Source of the DNA: Planctomycetota bacterium
Lineage (GTDB): Bacteria; Planctomycetota; B15-G4
Assembly (NCBI GenBank): GCA_038212275.1
Contig: JBBQUR010000004.1
Location: 1-64,000 of the forward strand
Reading direction: 5' to 3'
DNA length: 64,000 nt
In this document: piece by piece, positions 53,872 to 64,000 of the stretch
How the letters are laid out: each line of letters opens with the position of its first letter
How positions within the stretch are numbered: the first letter of the stretch is position 1
Translations under genes and position numbers: made by a program
Notes under the pieces: generated by a model
Database searches by the model: none
What the model saw: the letters and a program-made list of their open reading frames with translations, nothing else
Told to the model about the DNA's origin: nothing

Positions 53872-54471
53872 ATGCCACGCACTCTCGCGCTGCTCATCTT
53901 GCTGATGGGATGCTCCGCGCTCGCCCTTTTCGGCGGGCTGCGGAATGCTCCTGCGGCGTTCGCATGCTCTGCCGGCCGCGACGCTCCTGAACCGCGCTTT
54001 GCGCGGCCGTGGAGCGGATCCAGAGACTGCAAGCCGCGCGCACCGGTCGAACTGCAGCTGGAGCAGACGGGTGCTTCGGACCGCTCCGTCGTGACCCTGC
54101 AGTTCCGCGTGCTGCCGCACGACAGTGTCGGCGTGGTGGACTGGGAGCTCCAGCTGCCGGCGGGAGCGCAGCTGCTGCAGGGCGAGCTGCGCGGCTCATG
54201 CACTGCCGGGGGGGACGGCTCGGGCTCGCGTGTCGTCCATGTGCGGCTCGATCCGGATGCGGATCTGTCGCGCATCACGCTCTCCGCCCGCGGAGCGCTC
54301 GTCGACGCGCCGACGGACGGCAACCTCGTCCGCGCCAGAAGCGCACTGACCTGGGGCGACCCGCAGGCAGCTCTCGTCGACAAGGTCCGCGAGCGGCCGC
54401 TGCTGGTGGTGGGGCCGCGAGTGTCCCGTCGCGTGGCGGAGGTCCCGAGCGTGCATCGGAGCGGACGATGA
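53872..54471 (+). CDS. Small exported protein, module copy 2
   Basis: Signal peptide; KPRAPVEL, WELQLPAGAQLLQG and VPSVHRSGR parallel copy 1. Confidence 0.7.
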   Translation: MPRTLALLILLMGCSALALFGGLRNAPAAFACSAGRDAPEPRFARPWSGSRDCKPRAPVELQLEQTGASDRSVVTLQFRVLPHDSVGVVDWELQLPAGAQLLQGELRGSCTAGGDGSGSRVVHVRLDPDADLSRITLSARGALVDAPTDGNLVRARSALTWGDPQAALVDKVRERPLLVVGPRVSRRVAEVPSVHRSGR

Positions 54472-56078
54472 ACGCGCGCGCCGCACTCATTGCCGTGCTG
54501 CTGTCCACGTTCGGCGCGCCGGTGCTCGCCCAGGGCTTTCCCGTGAGCGGCACTTTCGCCTACAGCGACAAGGAATGGGACTTCAACGGCTGGACCGGCG
54601 TGCGTCCGGAGCGCCCGATCCGCGGCGCCGACGTCCGCGTGATCGATGACACGACGGGCAAGGTGCTCGGGCGCGGCATCACCGCCGCCGACGGCAGCTT
54701 CACCGTCTTCGCGAAAACGAAACTGCCGCACCCGGACGTGGTCGTGCGCGTGGAGAGTCGAAACCGGGAGCGACGCTTGCTGCCCGCTCCCTTCACGGGC
54801 ATCACGCTCCTGTCGGCCACCGGCGATCCGTACGCGGCCTTCAGCCCGGTCTTCGCGTCCCACGACAGCAGCCTGCCGCTCGACGTGGGCACGACCGTGG
54901 CGCAGTCGATCACGGTCGCGGACGAGGAGGGCAATCCCTTCAACGTGTTCGACGCCGCCGTCTCGGCCTTCGACTACGTGCACGGAGCCGCAGTGGGGGC
55001 CAAGCCGCGCGGTTCGGTCACGCTGCACTGGCCGTCGTTCACCGGAAGCTGGGCGCTCGGCCGGCATGCGTGGATCGGCAGCGACGACGGCGATGACGAC
55101 TCGGTGATCCTGCACGAGCTGGGTCACCTCGTGCACAACATCTACAGCGACAGCGACAGTCCCGGCGGCGTGCACTACTTCGGCGACAGCGACCAGGATC
55201 CGCGGCTCTCCTTCGCCGAGGGTTTCGCCACTTTCTTCGGCGGCTGCGTCCAGCAGGATCTGGGACGACCTGCGCTCTACGTCGACTGCGACGCGGCCGT
55301 GGACACGAGCGGCGTGCAGCTGCACCTGAGCCTCGAGGAGTGCACGCCGTTTCTTGCGACGGCCGAAGGCGCCTCCGACGAGGTGGCCGTCGCGTGCGTG
55401 CTCCATGACCTCGTCGATGACGAGAGCACGCCGGACACGCAACCCGGCGTCGATGACGACAGCCTGGGTGCGGGCACACTCATCGACGGGCTGACGCCGA
55501 CACGCGCGCTCTGGGCGGTGTTCTGCGGGCCCGTCCGCAAGGCCTCGCGGCTGACGATGGATCACGTCTGGGACGGATGGCTGACTCTGCACGCGCAGGA
55601 CACGCACTATGATCAGTTGAGCGACGTGTTCGAGCAGCAGCGCATGCGCTTCTGGCCGGACGCCTTCGAACCCGACGGCACGAGCGAGGCCGCCACTCTG
55701 CTCGTGCCGCTCAGCGGCGCGGACTGGGGGCCCGAACACACGCTGTACGACGCCCCGCCGGGCTCCGACCAGATCGGGACCGGAGACCGCGACTGGTTCG
55801 CGGTGGACCTCGTGGCGGGTCAACTGGTGCGTCTCGAGACCCGCTATCCCGGCGGAGCCTGGGATGCCCGCACGCAGGTCGACACCTTCCTGACCCTTCA
55901 CGCGCCGGACGGCAGGACGGTCGCCACGGACGAAGACTCCGGCGCCGGCCGCAACGCGCGCCTCGATGCGGTCGTCGTCGACGAGACCGGGCGATGGACC
56001 TTCGAGGTGCGCAGTCGCAATCGCACGCATCGCTACGGGCGCTACGAGGTACGGGTCGTCCTGCTTCCGAGTTCCTGA
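54468..56078 (+). CDS. Secreted zinc metallopeptidase (HELGH...AEG) with PPC-like domain, paralog of 51227-53527
   Basis: DKEWDFNGWTG, ILHELGH, DQDPRLSFAEGFAT; ATGA overlap with the upstream gene. Confidence 0.8.
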   Translation: MNARAALIAVLLSTFGAPVLAQGFPVSGTFAYSDKEWDFNGWTGVRPERPIRGADVRVIDDTTGKVLGRGITAADGSFTVFAKTKLPHPDVVVRVESRNRERRLLPAPFTGITLLSATGDPYAAFSPVFASHDSSLPLDVGTTVAQSITVADEEGNPFNVFDAAVSAFDYVHGAAVGAKPRGSVTLHWPSFTGSWALGRHAWIGSDDGDDDSVILHELGHLVHNIYSDSDSPGGVHYFGDSDQDPRLSFAEGFATFFGGCVQQDLGRPALYVDCDAAVDTSGVQLHLSLEECTPFLATAEGASDEVAVACVLHDLVDDESTPDTQPGVDDDSLGAGTLIDGLTPTRALWAVFCGPVRKASRLTMDHVWDGWLTLHAQDTHYDQLSDVFEQQRMRFWPDAFEPDGTSEAATLLVPLSGADWGPEHTLYDAPPGSDQIGTGDRDWFAVDLVAGQLVRLETRYPGGAWDARTQVDTFLTLHAPDGRTVATDEDSGAGRNARLDAVVVDETGRWTFEVRSRNRTHRYGRYEVRVVLLPSS

Positions 56079-56173
56079 GGCGCGGCTCATGCGTCCCTGG
56101 CGGCGTGTTCAGTGCACGTCCGGGCGTGCCGACTCCTGCCATTCGGCTCGCGCGCTGCCTATGATCGCGGCCC

Positions 56174-58192
56174 ATGAGCACCGTGCGATCCGCGAGCCCG
56201 CCATCGGACGCCGAGGCCCGCGACGGTGCCGGCGGACGCACCGGTCGCCGCATCGCCTTCGGTCTGCTGTTCGCGACGGTTCTGGCGGCGGGCTGGTTCC
56301 AGGTCCACAACCTCGACATCTACCTGCACGCCCGCACGGGGCAGTGGATCGTCGAGCACGGCAGCGTGCCGGTTCTCAACGTCATGTCGAAGCTGCACGC
56401 GACCTATCCCACCGTGGACGACAAGTGGGGCTTTCAGGTGCTGGCCCACGCGCTGTTCGACGGCATCGGCCCTGACGCGTGCGTCGCCGCGCGACAACTG
56501 CTGCTGCTGCTGCTGTTCGGGTTCATGCTGGCCACGGCGCGCGGGCTGGGCGCCGGGGCGTGGTCCTCGCTGGCGTGGTTGCTGCTGGCGCTCGTCGCGG
56601 GGCGCAGCCGCCTCACCTTCCGGCCCGACCTGGCGAGCGCCGTCTTCACGGTCGTCTTCGCGCACATTTTGCTCGTGTCGCGGCGTGACGGGCGCGGGGC
56701 CTTCCGGCTCATCCCGCTGCAACTGCTCTGGGTCAACGTGCACGGCTACTTCATCACGGGGCCGCTGATGCTCGCGGCCGTCGCCGCTGCGCAGTTGCTG
56801 TCCGGGCCGCAGGGGCGCGCGGTGGCGCGCCGGCTGCTTCCCGTGGGCGCGGCCCTGCTGGGTGTCTGCCTGCTCAATCCGGCAGGAGTGGCCGGCGCGC
56901 TGCATCCGCTGGCCATCCTGCAGGATCTGCACGCGCACGAGGACTTCTATCGCAGCGCGATCGTCGAGTTCCATCCGACCTTCGCGCACGATCCTCGCCA
57001 GCCGTGGGACCGTGTCGCCTATCTGCTGCTGGGCGTGCCGGCCGGCCTGGCACTTCTCGCCGCGGCCTTCGGGAGCCGGCGCACGCGGCGTGCCGACGAC
57101 TCCGGCCAGCCAGCTTCTGAACTGGCCGCACGCGGGACTGCACTCCCGGCCCTCGCCTTGTTCGTGCTCTTCGGCGCCATGAGTCTTCAACTGCGCCGCA
57201 ACATGGCGCCGTTCGCCTTCGTGGTCGCCCCGCTCATGGCCGCGGCCTGGTCGGCAGGCTGGCAACGCGTGGCGCGTGGTGCGTTGCATGGTGCGTTGCG
57301 TGGAACGTCGCGCGTGGGGCGCGCGCTGGCGGGCGCTGGTGCGGCGGGACCGCCGCTCGCTGCCGGCTTTGCGCTTCTGGTCGCCTGGGGTGAACTCTCG
57401 GACACGACCTCGATTCACGACGGACTGGACCGGCGCTCGGGTTCGGGACTCTCCCGCAGCGCCTACCCGGATGCGGGCATCGAGTTCATCGCGCGCGAGT
57501 TGCCGCACACTTCGGTCTTCACGGCCTTCTCGTACGGCAGCACCTTCACGGGCCGCCGCTGGCCCGAGCAGCTGGCGTCGACCGACGGCAACACGCACGG
57601 CTACCCGACCGAGTACCTCATGGAGGTGCTGGCCGCGTCGTCGAGCGACGATGCGTCCGCCTTCCGCGCGCTCTGCACTCGCGATGGACACGACGTGGCG
57701 CTGATTCCGATGGCGGGGCCGCTGTCCATCGCGCTGCTCAAGGAGCCCGAGTGGGCTCTGGTGTGCGTCGGGGTTCGCGAAGCCGTCTGGGTCTCGCGCG
57801 CCGCCATGGATCCGGCGTGGCTGGCGGAGCACGACCTGCTGGCACGCTGGCAATCGGGAGCGGCCCCCGTGCTTCCCGACACGCCCGCGAACCCGGAGAT
57901 GTCATGGCTGCCCGGCACTCGCGCCTTCGTGCCGTCCGCGGAAATCGATCAGGCCACGCTGCTGTCGCGCGCCGGGCTGGTGGACGCGGCGCTGGTGGAC
58001 GCCGCGCTGGTGCGCGCGACGGACGCCACGGCGCGTGCACCGCATGATGCCGAAGCCCACGCGCTGCGCGGCCTGCTCTGCGTGAGGCTCGGCCGGATCG
58101 CGGAGGCACGGGAACAGCTGCAGCGCAGCCAGGAACTCGACGGCTACAACCGTCTCGCCGAGGCTGCCGCGAAGGCGCTCGCCCGGCTCTAG
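56174..58192 (+). CDS. Polytopic membrane protein (GT-C-like) with C-terminal TPR
   Basis: LDIYLHARTGQWI, LLWVNVHG, LLNPAG motifs; multiple TMs; TPR-like tail. Confidence 0.65.
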   Translation: MSTVRSASPPSDAEARDGAGGRTGRRIAFGLLFATVLAAGWFQVHNLDIYLHARTGQWIVEHGSVPVLNVMSKLHATYPTVDDKWGFQVLAHALFDGIGPDACVAARQLLLLLLFGFMLATARGLGAGAWSSLAWLLLALVAGRSRLTFRPDLASAVFTVVFAHILLVSRRDGRGAFRLIPLQLLWVNVHGYFITGPLMLAAVAAAQLLSGPQGRAVARRLLPVGAALLGVCLLNPAGVAGALHPLAILQDLHAHEDFYRSAIVEFHPTFAHDPRQPWDRVAYLLLGVPAGLALLAAAFGSRRTRRADDSGQPASELAARGTALPALALFVLFGAMSLQLRRNMAPFAFVVAPLMAAAWSAGWQRVARGALHGALRGTSRVGRALAGAGAAGPPLAAGFALLVAWGELSDTTSIHDGLDRRSGSGLSRSAYPDAGIEFIARELPHTSVFTAFSYGSTFTGRRWPEQLASTDGNTHGYPTEYLMEVLAASSSDDASAFRALCTRDGHDVALIPMAGPLSIALLKEPEWALVCVGVREAVWVSRAAMDPAWLAEHDLLARWQSGAAPVLPDTPANPEMSWLPGTRAFVPSAEIDQATLLSRAGLVDAALVDAALVRATDATARAPHDAEAHALRGLLCVRLGRIAEAREQLQRSQELDGYNRLAEAAAKALARL

Positions 58193-58207
58193 CCGCGGCG
58201 CCCGGCC

Positions 58208-60790
58208 TCAGCGCTCCGCGAAGTCCATCGCATCCGACAGGCGCACCGAGAGCTTCATGTTGCCGCTGCGCTCGGCGAAGCGTTGCCGCGCGCGCAGCAG
58301 GCGCTTCACGCTGTCCAGCTCGAAGACGACATCGATGTCGTCGGCGATCTTCACGAGCACGTCGGCGTATTGCGCGTCGAATCCCACGGTGTCGAGCGGC
58401 GTGGTGCGCGACAAGGCATCGAGCAGGTCGCAGCGGGCCGAGAAAATGTTGAAGACGAGGATGGCGCGCAGGCGCTGCACGGCCTCGTCGATGCGTCCGT
58501 CGGCGATGCACGACTGTGCGGTGCGGAACTGCAGGTAGAGCTGGTTGTCCGCAAGCAGTTCCTGCGCCAGGGCATCGGCAGCGGGCCGCTCATCGAGCGC
58601 CTGCAGTATTTCGATGCCGCGCAGGCGCAGGCGCGCGGCCTCGTCGGGATCGGTGGTCGGTGTCCGAGCACGGCGCTCGGCCAGTGCCTGCAGCAGGCGC
58701 GCCACGGGAATTCCCGCCTGCGACAGTCCCGCGGGATGCAGGACGATCTGCGCTCCCTCTCCGCTTCGCGGGAGATCGGCGACGGATCCCGGATTGAGCA
58801 GCACTGCGGCGAACAGTTCCTGGAAGGCATCGTCCGGCCGATCGAGGCGCGCGGAGAGCCTTGAAAGATCCAGATGCCGCCTCCAGCTTTCGGGGCCGTA
58901 CGGATCGAGACGCACGGATTCGGAGAGCCAGGCCTCCACGCGCGGGTCGTCCGGCGAGCTCGCCACCAGCACGAGTGCGGCCTGATGCGCCAGCCACGCG
59001 GAGCCTGGGAAGAGCGCTCTGGCAGACTCGAGCGCCGCGAGAACCTGCACCGGTCGTTGCTGCAGCCCCGCGAGCCGGGCTCTTTGCAGCGGGAGGTTCG
59101 GATCGAAGGGTTGCAGTCGCTCTGCCCGGTCGATCCAGCGCAAGGCCTCGTCGCTCTTCTCGTCCTCTGCATCGGCCAGCGCGGCGTCGGGCCAGGCATT
59201 GCCTGAGGGTGCCGAGGCCAGGTCCGCCTCCGTGTCGCGACGCGCGGCTTCGACGGCGGCGATGGCCTGCGCGGCTCGCCGCTCGCACCAGCCTCCGAGA
59301 GTGAGCGTCACGCCGAAGACGGCGATGCCCACCGCCACCCAGGGGATGGCGCGTCTCGTGCGCGTCGCCAAAGCGCTCTCCGACGCTGCCTCCGCGGCCT
59401 CGCGCGCGTCGGTGTCGCGCGCCGCGGCGTCGCGCAGTCCGAGCAGGAGGAAAGCAAGGGCGGGGTACAGCGTGGAGTCCGCACTGCCGAGGTCGATCGC
59501 ATTGGCGGCCCACAGGGACAGCAGGGCGGCGCTCGCGGCGTGCACCGCCGGAGTCTCGCGGCGAGTCTTCGCCACGCTGCCCGCGAACAGGAGGACGAGG
59601 GCGATGACGCCCGGCCAGCCGAAGCCCTCGCCCACGGCGAGCACGACGTTGTGCGGGTGGTCGTCCTTGGGCAGACCTTCGTAGACGCCGGGCAATGCGA
59701 AGAGACCCTGCACGTACGTGGTGCCCGCACCGTAACCATGCCAAGGAGCGGCGGCGAACGCTGCGCGGCCGAGCGCCCACATCGACGTGCGGAACGAGAC
59801 GGCCTTGCTCACCATGCTCGGATCGTGCTGCAGCGCCGTGCGTTCACTCGCGCCCAGCACGGGCCAGACGAGCAGCAACGCGACGGCGACGGCAGCCATT
59901 ACGGAGATCCAGCGCACCGCCGGGAGGCGTGCCTGCAGTCGCGGGCGGAGCCCTTGCCAGACGAGCAGCGCGCCACCGAAGCCGAGGGTCAGCAGGCCGG
60001 TGCGCGAGCGCACCGCGAGCAAGGCGACGAGCACGGGCAGCGCCAGCAGAGCGATCAGCGGGCGCCTGCGGGGCTGGACGGTGAGAGCCAGCCCTCCGGC
60101 GAGCAGCAGCGTCGTGACGAGGTGCGGCACGGCGAGGTTGGGGTGCAGGCCGAGAAGCCGCAGCCGCGTGGCGAAGACGGCGGAGAATGGCAGCTGCAGG
60201 CCATCGGAGAGCTGGGCATAACTGGCCAGTGCGAAGATGCACAGCGTCGCCGTGGCGAGCAGGAGCACGAAGACGACGCGCTCTGCGTGTTGCCCGCTGA
60301 ACAACGACGGAACCAGCAGCGCGAGCGCCGCAGGCGGCAGCACGTAGGACAGCCAGAGGACGCTGCCCTGCGGGAAGTCCGTGCCGAGCATGGACGGCAC
60401 GGCGAGCAGCAGAGCCGCCGCCGTGAGCAGCGACGCGCGGGTTGCGACCAGCCAGGGGCGGGAGATGAGCAGGACTGCAGCGAGCAGAGCCAGGCGGCCG
60501 CCGTCGTCGCCGGGCACCCCGCGCTGGCCCAGTATCGTCGACACGAGCAGCACGAGCGTGAGGCGCCGCGCCAGCGAGGCGCGGTCGGCGGCACGCAGCA
60601 ACCACCATGCAGCCGCCGCCCCGGTCAGCAACCATGCGATGGCGAGTTCCGGCGGGCGGCCGAACGTGGAGACGCCGGCTTGCGCGGGCGAACTCACCGC
60701 CGCGCTCACGAACAGCCACGCGGTGACTGTCGCAGCGATCAGCCGGGAGGCTGCCTCAGCGACCCGGTTGCTGGCCACCGCTGCCGGCAT
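58208..60790 (-). CDS. O-antigen ligase (Wzy_C) family protein with TPR region
   Basis: HPNLA, RSRTGLL, R..MW...PWHGYGAG, HPHNVVL; multiple TMs. Confidence 0.8.
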   Translation of the reverse strand: MPAAVASNRVAEAASRLIAATVTAWLFVSAAVSSPAQAGVSTFGRPPELAIAWLLTGAAAAWWLLRAADRASLARRLTLVLLVSTILGQRGVPGDDGGRLALLAAVLLISRPWLVATRASLLTAAALLLAVPSMLGTDFPQGSVLWLSYVLPPAALALLVPSLFSGQHAERVVFVLLLATATLCIFALASYAQLSDGLQLPFSAVFATRLRLLGLHPNLAVPHLVTTLLLAGGLALTVQPRRRPLIALLALPVLVALLAVRSRTGLLTLGFGGALLVWQGLRPRLQARLPAVRWISVMAAVAVALLLVWPVLGASERTALQHDPSMVSKAVSFRTSMWALGRAAFAAAPWHGYGAGTTYVQGLFALPGVYEGLPKDDHPHNVVLAVGEGFGWPGVIALVLLFAGSVAKTRRETPAVHAASAALLSLWAANAIDLGSADSTLYPALAFLLLGLRDAAARDTDAREAAEAASESALATRTRRAIPWVAVGIAVFGVTLTLGGWCERRAAQAIAAVEAARRDTEADLASAPSGNAWPDAALADAEDEKSDEALRWIDRAERLQPFDPNLPLQRARLAGLQQRPVQVLAALESARALFPGSAWLAHQAALVLVASSPDDPRVEAWLSESVRLDPYGPESWRRHLDLSRLSARLDRPDDAFQELFAAVLLNPGSVADLPRSGEGAQIVLHPAGLSQAGIPVARLLQALAERRARTPTTDPDEAARLRLRGIEILQALDERPAADALAQELLADNQLYLQFRTAQSCIADGRIDEAVQRLRAILVFNIFSARCDLLDALSRTTPLDTVGFDAQYADVLVKIADDIDVVFELDSVKRLLRARQRFAERSGNMKLSVRLSDAMDFAER

Positions 60791-61538
60791 CGGGCGTCGG
60801 TCCGGACTGCTGGCTCGGCGTCTCGGGCGGCGCAAGGTCGATGTCACCCGGCTGCAGCGGCACGCCGAACTCGAAGTCGGGGCGCAGCCGCCGCACGTTG
60901 TGCTCCAGGAAGTCGATGCGGTCGGGAAGGATGCGCGACAGTTCGAGCAAGCCGATGTACCCGATGGCGGTGGCGCCCTTGGGGTCGGAGTCGTCGCGCG
61001 CGAGCAGGCCGGCCAGCAGCCCGATGATTTCCCACCGGCCGGTGCGCTCCACGTAGAGGGCCGTGCCCTGGTAGTCGCGGGCGACGTCCTCCGCGCGGCG
61101 GTCCGGCACCGTGATCCAGTCGCCGAAACGCCCGTCGAGCCACGGACTCACGCCTTCCATGAGCGGCTCGTCCTGCTCGTCGCGAAGCGCGAGGAAGATC
61201 TGTTCGCCCGGCTGGGGCAGTGAGGTCGCGATGCGTCCCTCGCGCAGCCGCGAGGAGATCGGGTGCACGACGGCCAGGTTGTCATTGAGGCGGTCGATCC
61301 TGCCCCAGTCGCGGACCAGCGAATTTCCGACGGGGAACTGGATCTCGAACATCTTGCCGACCGCGTAGCCGGGTTCGGCGATCATCAGCACTCCATCCTC
61401 GGTGGACGTGCCGATGAGCGGAGTGCCCGTCGTGCCTTCCGGCCAGAGGCGCGTGAAGTGCGAGGGCGGCGATGAGGCGCAACCGGCCGCCAGAAGCAGC
61501 GACGCGGCGAGCGCAACGAGACGGGGCGTGCACACCAT
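60756..61538 (-). CDS. Hypothetical lipoprotein
   Basis: Lipobox LAAGC; coding-like composition. Confidence 0.7.
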   Translation of the reverse strand: MVCTPRLVALAASLLLAAGCASSPPSHFTRLWPEGTTGTPLIGTSTEDGVLMIAEPGYAVGKMFEIQFPVGNSLVRDWGRIDRLNDNLAVVHPISSRLREGRIATSLPQPGEQIFLALRDEQDEPLMEGVSPWLDGRFGDWITVPDRRAEDVARDYQGTALYVERTGRWEIIGLLAGLLARDDSDPKGATAIGYIGLLELSRILPDRIDFLEHNVRRLRPDFEFGVPLQPGDIDLAPPETPSQQSGPTPDAGSGGQQPGR

Positions 61539-61651
61539 CCGGGCGACGTTAACGCAGCCCATCGGGGCGAACAAGGTGCGGGCTGCGACGATACCCGCAG
61601 CCCGGATCGGCCCGGTCGGGGCAGGCATGCCGGGAGCGCGGCGGACGCCTG

Positions 61652-63670
61652 CTACGGAGCGTCCTTCGACGGCGCTTCGGCGCCTCCCGGTTCGCCTGCT
61701 CCGCCGTCGGGTGCGCCGTTGCTCCCGGGCGGCGCGGCATGCGTGCCTCCCGCCGCAGCGGCAGCAGCTGCGGCAAGATCCTCGGCGAAGAGCGGGATGT
61801 CCTTGACGTCCACCCAGTCCTTGTCCCACGCGTTCTCTCCGGGGAGGAGTTCGTGAGTCTCGGGGTTCTCGAACTTCCAGGACTGGAAGACATGATCGAT
61901 GCCGTGCACCTTTCCGGAGCGGATCAGTTCGCGGAGCTCGGTCGTCTTGAGGTTCTCGAGGCGCGGCGGCTCGGGCGACCCGCTGATGAAGTAGAAGGCG
62001 ACGTACCAGTTGCGCGCGTCCGCCGCCGCGGCCGCTGCGTCGATTTCCGCCTGGCTGCGACTGGCTTCGCGTGCGGGCTCGATGGCAGCAAGCAGCTCGT
62101 CGCGCAGGGCCTTGATGTAGGAGTTGCGGGATCCGCCAACCGCCATGGCGATGTCGAGCATGGACGTCGCGCGATCGAGGTCCTGCAGGCTGCCTTCCAT
62201 GATGAGAATGGCGGCGGCTTCGGTGTAGCTGAGCGGTTCGATGGGATCGAGATCGATGGCCCTCTGGATCAGCTCCCAGGCGCGGGCCTGATCCGGAGGC
62301 TGAGTCTGAATCGTTCCCTTGCGTTCATCGATGCCGCCGAGGCGCTGCATCTCGGCATAGGCGCGGTAGCAGTCGGCATTCTTGATGTTGCCATTGACGG
62401 CCTTCTCGTAGCAGTCGAAGGCCGTCTTCACGTGGCTGCCGTCTTCCTGCGGATTGCTCAGCGCGAGGCGCGCGGCGAGGTACCAGGCCTCGGGAGAGAG
62501 TTCGCCGTAGGCCTGCTCGGTGAACTGCAGCCACTCGGCCTCGAGTTGCTCGATGGACTTGCCGAAGCGCTTCTCGACTGCCAGGGCGACGTCATCGAGC
62601 GAGGCTTCCTTCAGTGCTCCTTTCACGTTCCCGTACACCTTGTTCTCGATGTGCAGGTCCTGGTTCTTGGACAGGTTGGCGAAGAAGCCGCGGAACTGCT
62701 TGCCGTACTTCGGCGACTCCATCATGAAGTGCACGAAGGACCAGGCCACGGCATAGTGGCGCGCGGTGAACTCCGGCTGCTCGGTCGTGAGCACTTCACG
62801 CAGGCCGAGGACGTTGCCGGTGGCCTTGTCGGTGCGCATGGACACGATGCGCTCGTACTGCAGCCCGCCGATGTGGAACTTGCCCTTCTCGTCGATCTGC
62901 GTCGTGCCGTAGTACTCGGCCATGCCCTCGTTGAGCCAGATCGGATAGTGGAACTTCGTGTCGATCAGGTATGTGAGCAGGTGGTTGCCTTCGTGGAACA
63001 GCGTGGCACGCGTGAGCTGGGGATCCAGCTGGTCGTCGTAGAGCTGCAGCTCCTTGTCGACGAAGCTGAAGAATCCGCCCACGCCGTAGCGAACCCGCGT
63101 GATGCGCAGGAAGTCGTCGTAGTCGCGGTAGAGGAAGAACTTCATCTTGCCCTTCACCTCGCCCGGGGTGAGCGTGATGCCCCAGTCGTCCGTGAAGTAG
63201 GTGTAGTAGGCCTCGAGCCGGTCGGTGTACTCCTTGCGCACGGCTTCGGTGCAGTTGGACTTCACGACGAAGTGCCGCGTCTCCTCCGTGACGGCGTTGC
63301 TCCACTCCTGCAGCCGCTTGGCGTCGTCGATGACCGCCTTGTCGGCCGCTGCCCGCTTCTTCAACTCGCCCTCGCGGCGATCCTTGCTCATCCAGCCGTT
63401 CTCGAAGAGCACCCAGCCCTTCTTGAGGTAGTCCTCTTCCTGCTTGTTCTTCGGAACATAGCCCTCGAGGTTCTCGACGTAGGTCTTGGTGACGAGGTCG
63501 CTTCGGATCGGGATCTCGATGCCGCGGATCTTGAGGCGCACGTAGCCCGCATCCGTGGAAGGCACGAGCGTCCCTTCGATCGTGCGCCCGTCCGCCAGCA
63601 GCACCTTGTCGAAGCACGGAAGCGCCGTGACGGCAGCGGAAAGGCAAAGCGAGAGCAGCACGCAGAGCAT
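61652..63670 (-). CDS. DUF1570-like exported putative zinc peptidase
   Basis: TLFHEGNHL, PIWLNEGMAEY, YAVAWSFVHF; TPR-like helices. Confidence 0.8.
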   Translation of the reverse strand: MLCVLLSLCLSAAVTALPCFDKVLLADGRTIEGTLVPSTDAGYVRLKIRGIEIPIRSDLVTKTYVENLEGYVPKNKQEEDYLKKGWVLFENGWMSKDRREGELKKRAAADKAVIDDAKRLQEWSNAVTEETRHFVVKSNCTEAVRKEYTDRLEAYYTYFTDDWGITLTPGEVKGKMKFFLYRDYDDFLRITRVRYGVGGFFSFVDKELQLYDDQLDPQLTRATLFHEGNHLLTYLIDTKFHYPIWLNEGMAEYYGTTQIDEKGKFHIGGLQYERIVSMRTDKATGNVLGLREVLTTEQPEFTARHYAVAWSFVHFMMESPKYGKQFRGFFANLSKNQDLHIENKVYGNVKGALKEASLDDVALAVEKRFGKSIEQLEAEWLQFTEQAYGELSPEAWYLAARLALSNPQEDGSHVKTAFDCYEKAVNGNIKNADCYRAYAEMQRLGGIDERKGTIQTQPPDQARAWELIQRAIDLDPIEPLSYTEAAAILIMEGSLQDLDRATSMLDIAMAVGGSRNSYIKALRDELLAAIEPAREASRSQAEIDAAAAAADARNWYVAFYFISGSPEPPRLENLKTTELRELIRSGKVHGIDHVFQSWKFENPETHELLPGENAWDKDWVDVKDIPLFAEDLAAAAAAAAGGTHAAPPGSNGAPDGGAGEPGGAEAPSKDAP

Positions 63671-63686
63671 CAGTCGGTTCCTTGCT

Positions 63687-63998
63687 TCAGACTTTTTCGA
63701 TGTACTTGAGCCACGCGGCCTGGAACTTGTCCCAGTCCGCGTCGGTCCAGTCCTTGAAGGTCTTGTCCGCGGCCATGTCCTGCACCTTGTCTTCGTCGAT
63801 GCGGCCGTAGTATTCCTTCACCTCGTGGCTCATCTCGTCCGAGGAGCCTTGCTCCTTGGTCTCCGCCTCGGCGAGCGTCTTCGTCATCAGCGCCTGCGCG
63901 GCTTCCTCGCGCGCCGACACGAGCGCCGCGAGGTAGTCGGACAGGATGCTGGCGACCTTGGGGTCGAGTCCCTTGCCTTCGCGCAGGTAGTGGACGAT
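63687..63998 (-). CDS. C-terminal part of a protein starting beyond the window (possibly another DUF1570-like protein)
   Basis: Frame is open to the window edge (IVHYLREGK...FQAAWLKYIEKV). Confidence 0.7.
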   Translation of the reverse strand: MVHYLREGKGLDPKVASILSDYLAALVSAREEAAQALMTKTLAEAETKEQGSSDEMSHEVKEYYGRIDEDKVQDMAADKTFKDWTDADWDKFQAAWLKYIEKV

Positions 63999-64000
63999 TC

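Overview
A very GC-rich bacterial chromosomal segment with about 47 protein-coding genes, mostly housekeeping, envelope and secreted proteins, plus one tRNA-Pro(GGG). The ECF sigma/Ser-Thr kinase pair, a DUF1570-like protein, HEAT proteins and a shared C-terminal domain on secreted proteins suggest Planctomycetota (inference). Highlights: (1) an ABC substrate-binding protein gene split by an in-frame TGA in a U-H-L-T-C motif and followed by a canonical bacterial SECIS-like hairpin, i.e. a probable selenoprotein heading an ABC transporter + VOC operon; (2) the 3' end of a group II intron (IEP C-terminus, domains V and VI) inserted antisense into ftsH and truncating it; (3) two inverted copies of a ~210-bp structured element with compensatory base changes between fadE and a PLP decarboxylase; (4) a tandemly duplicated module of a small exported protein plus an HELGH metallopeptidase; (5) an archaeal/eukaryotic-type (type II) methionine aminopeptidase; (6) a pseudokinase-ECF sigma pair; (7) recurring TANNNT boxes 6-9 nt before start codons, suggesting leaderless mRNAs; (8) many short tandem repeats. 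All calls come from reading motifs by eye; no database search was run.
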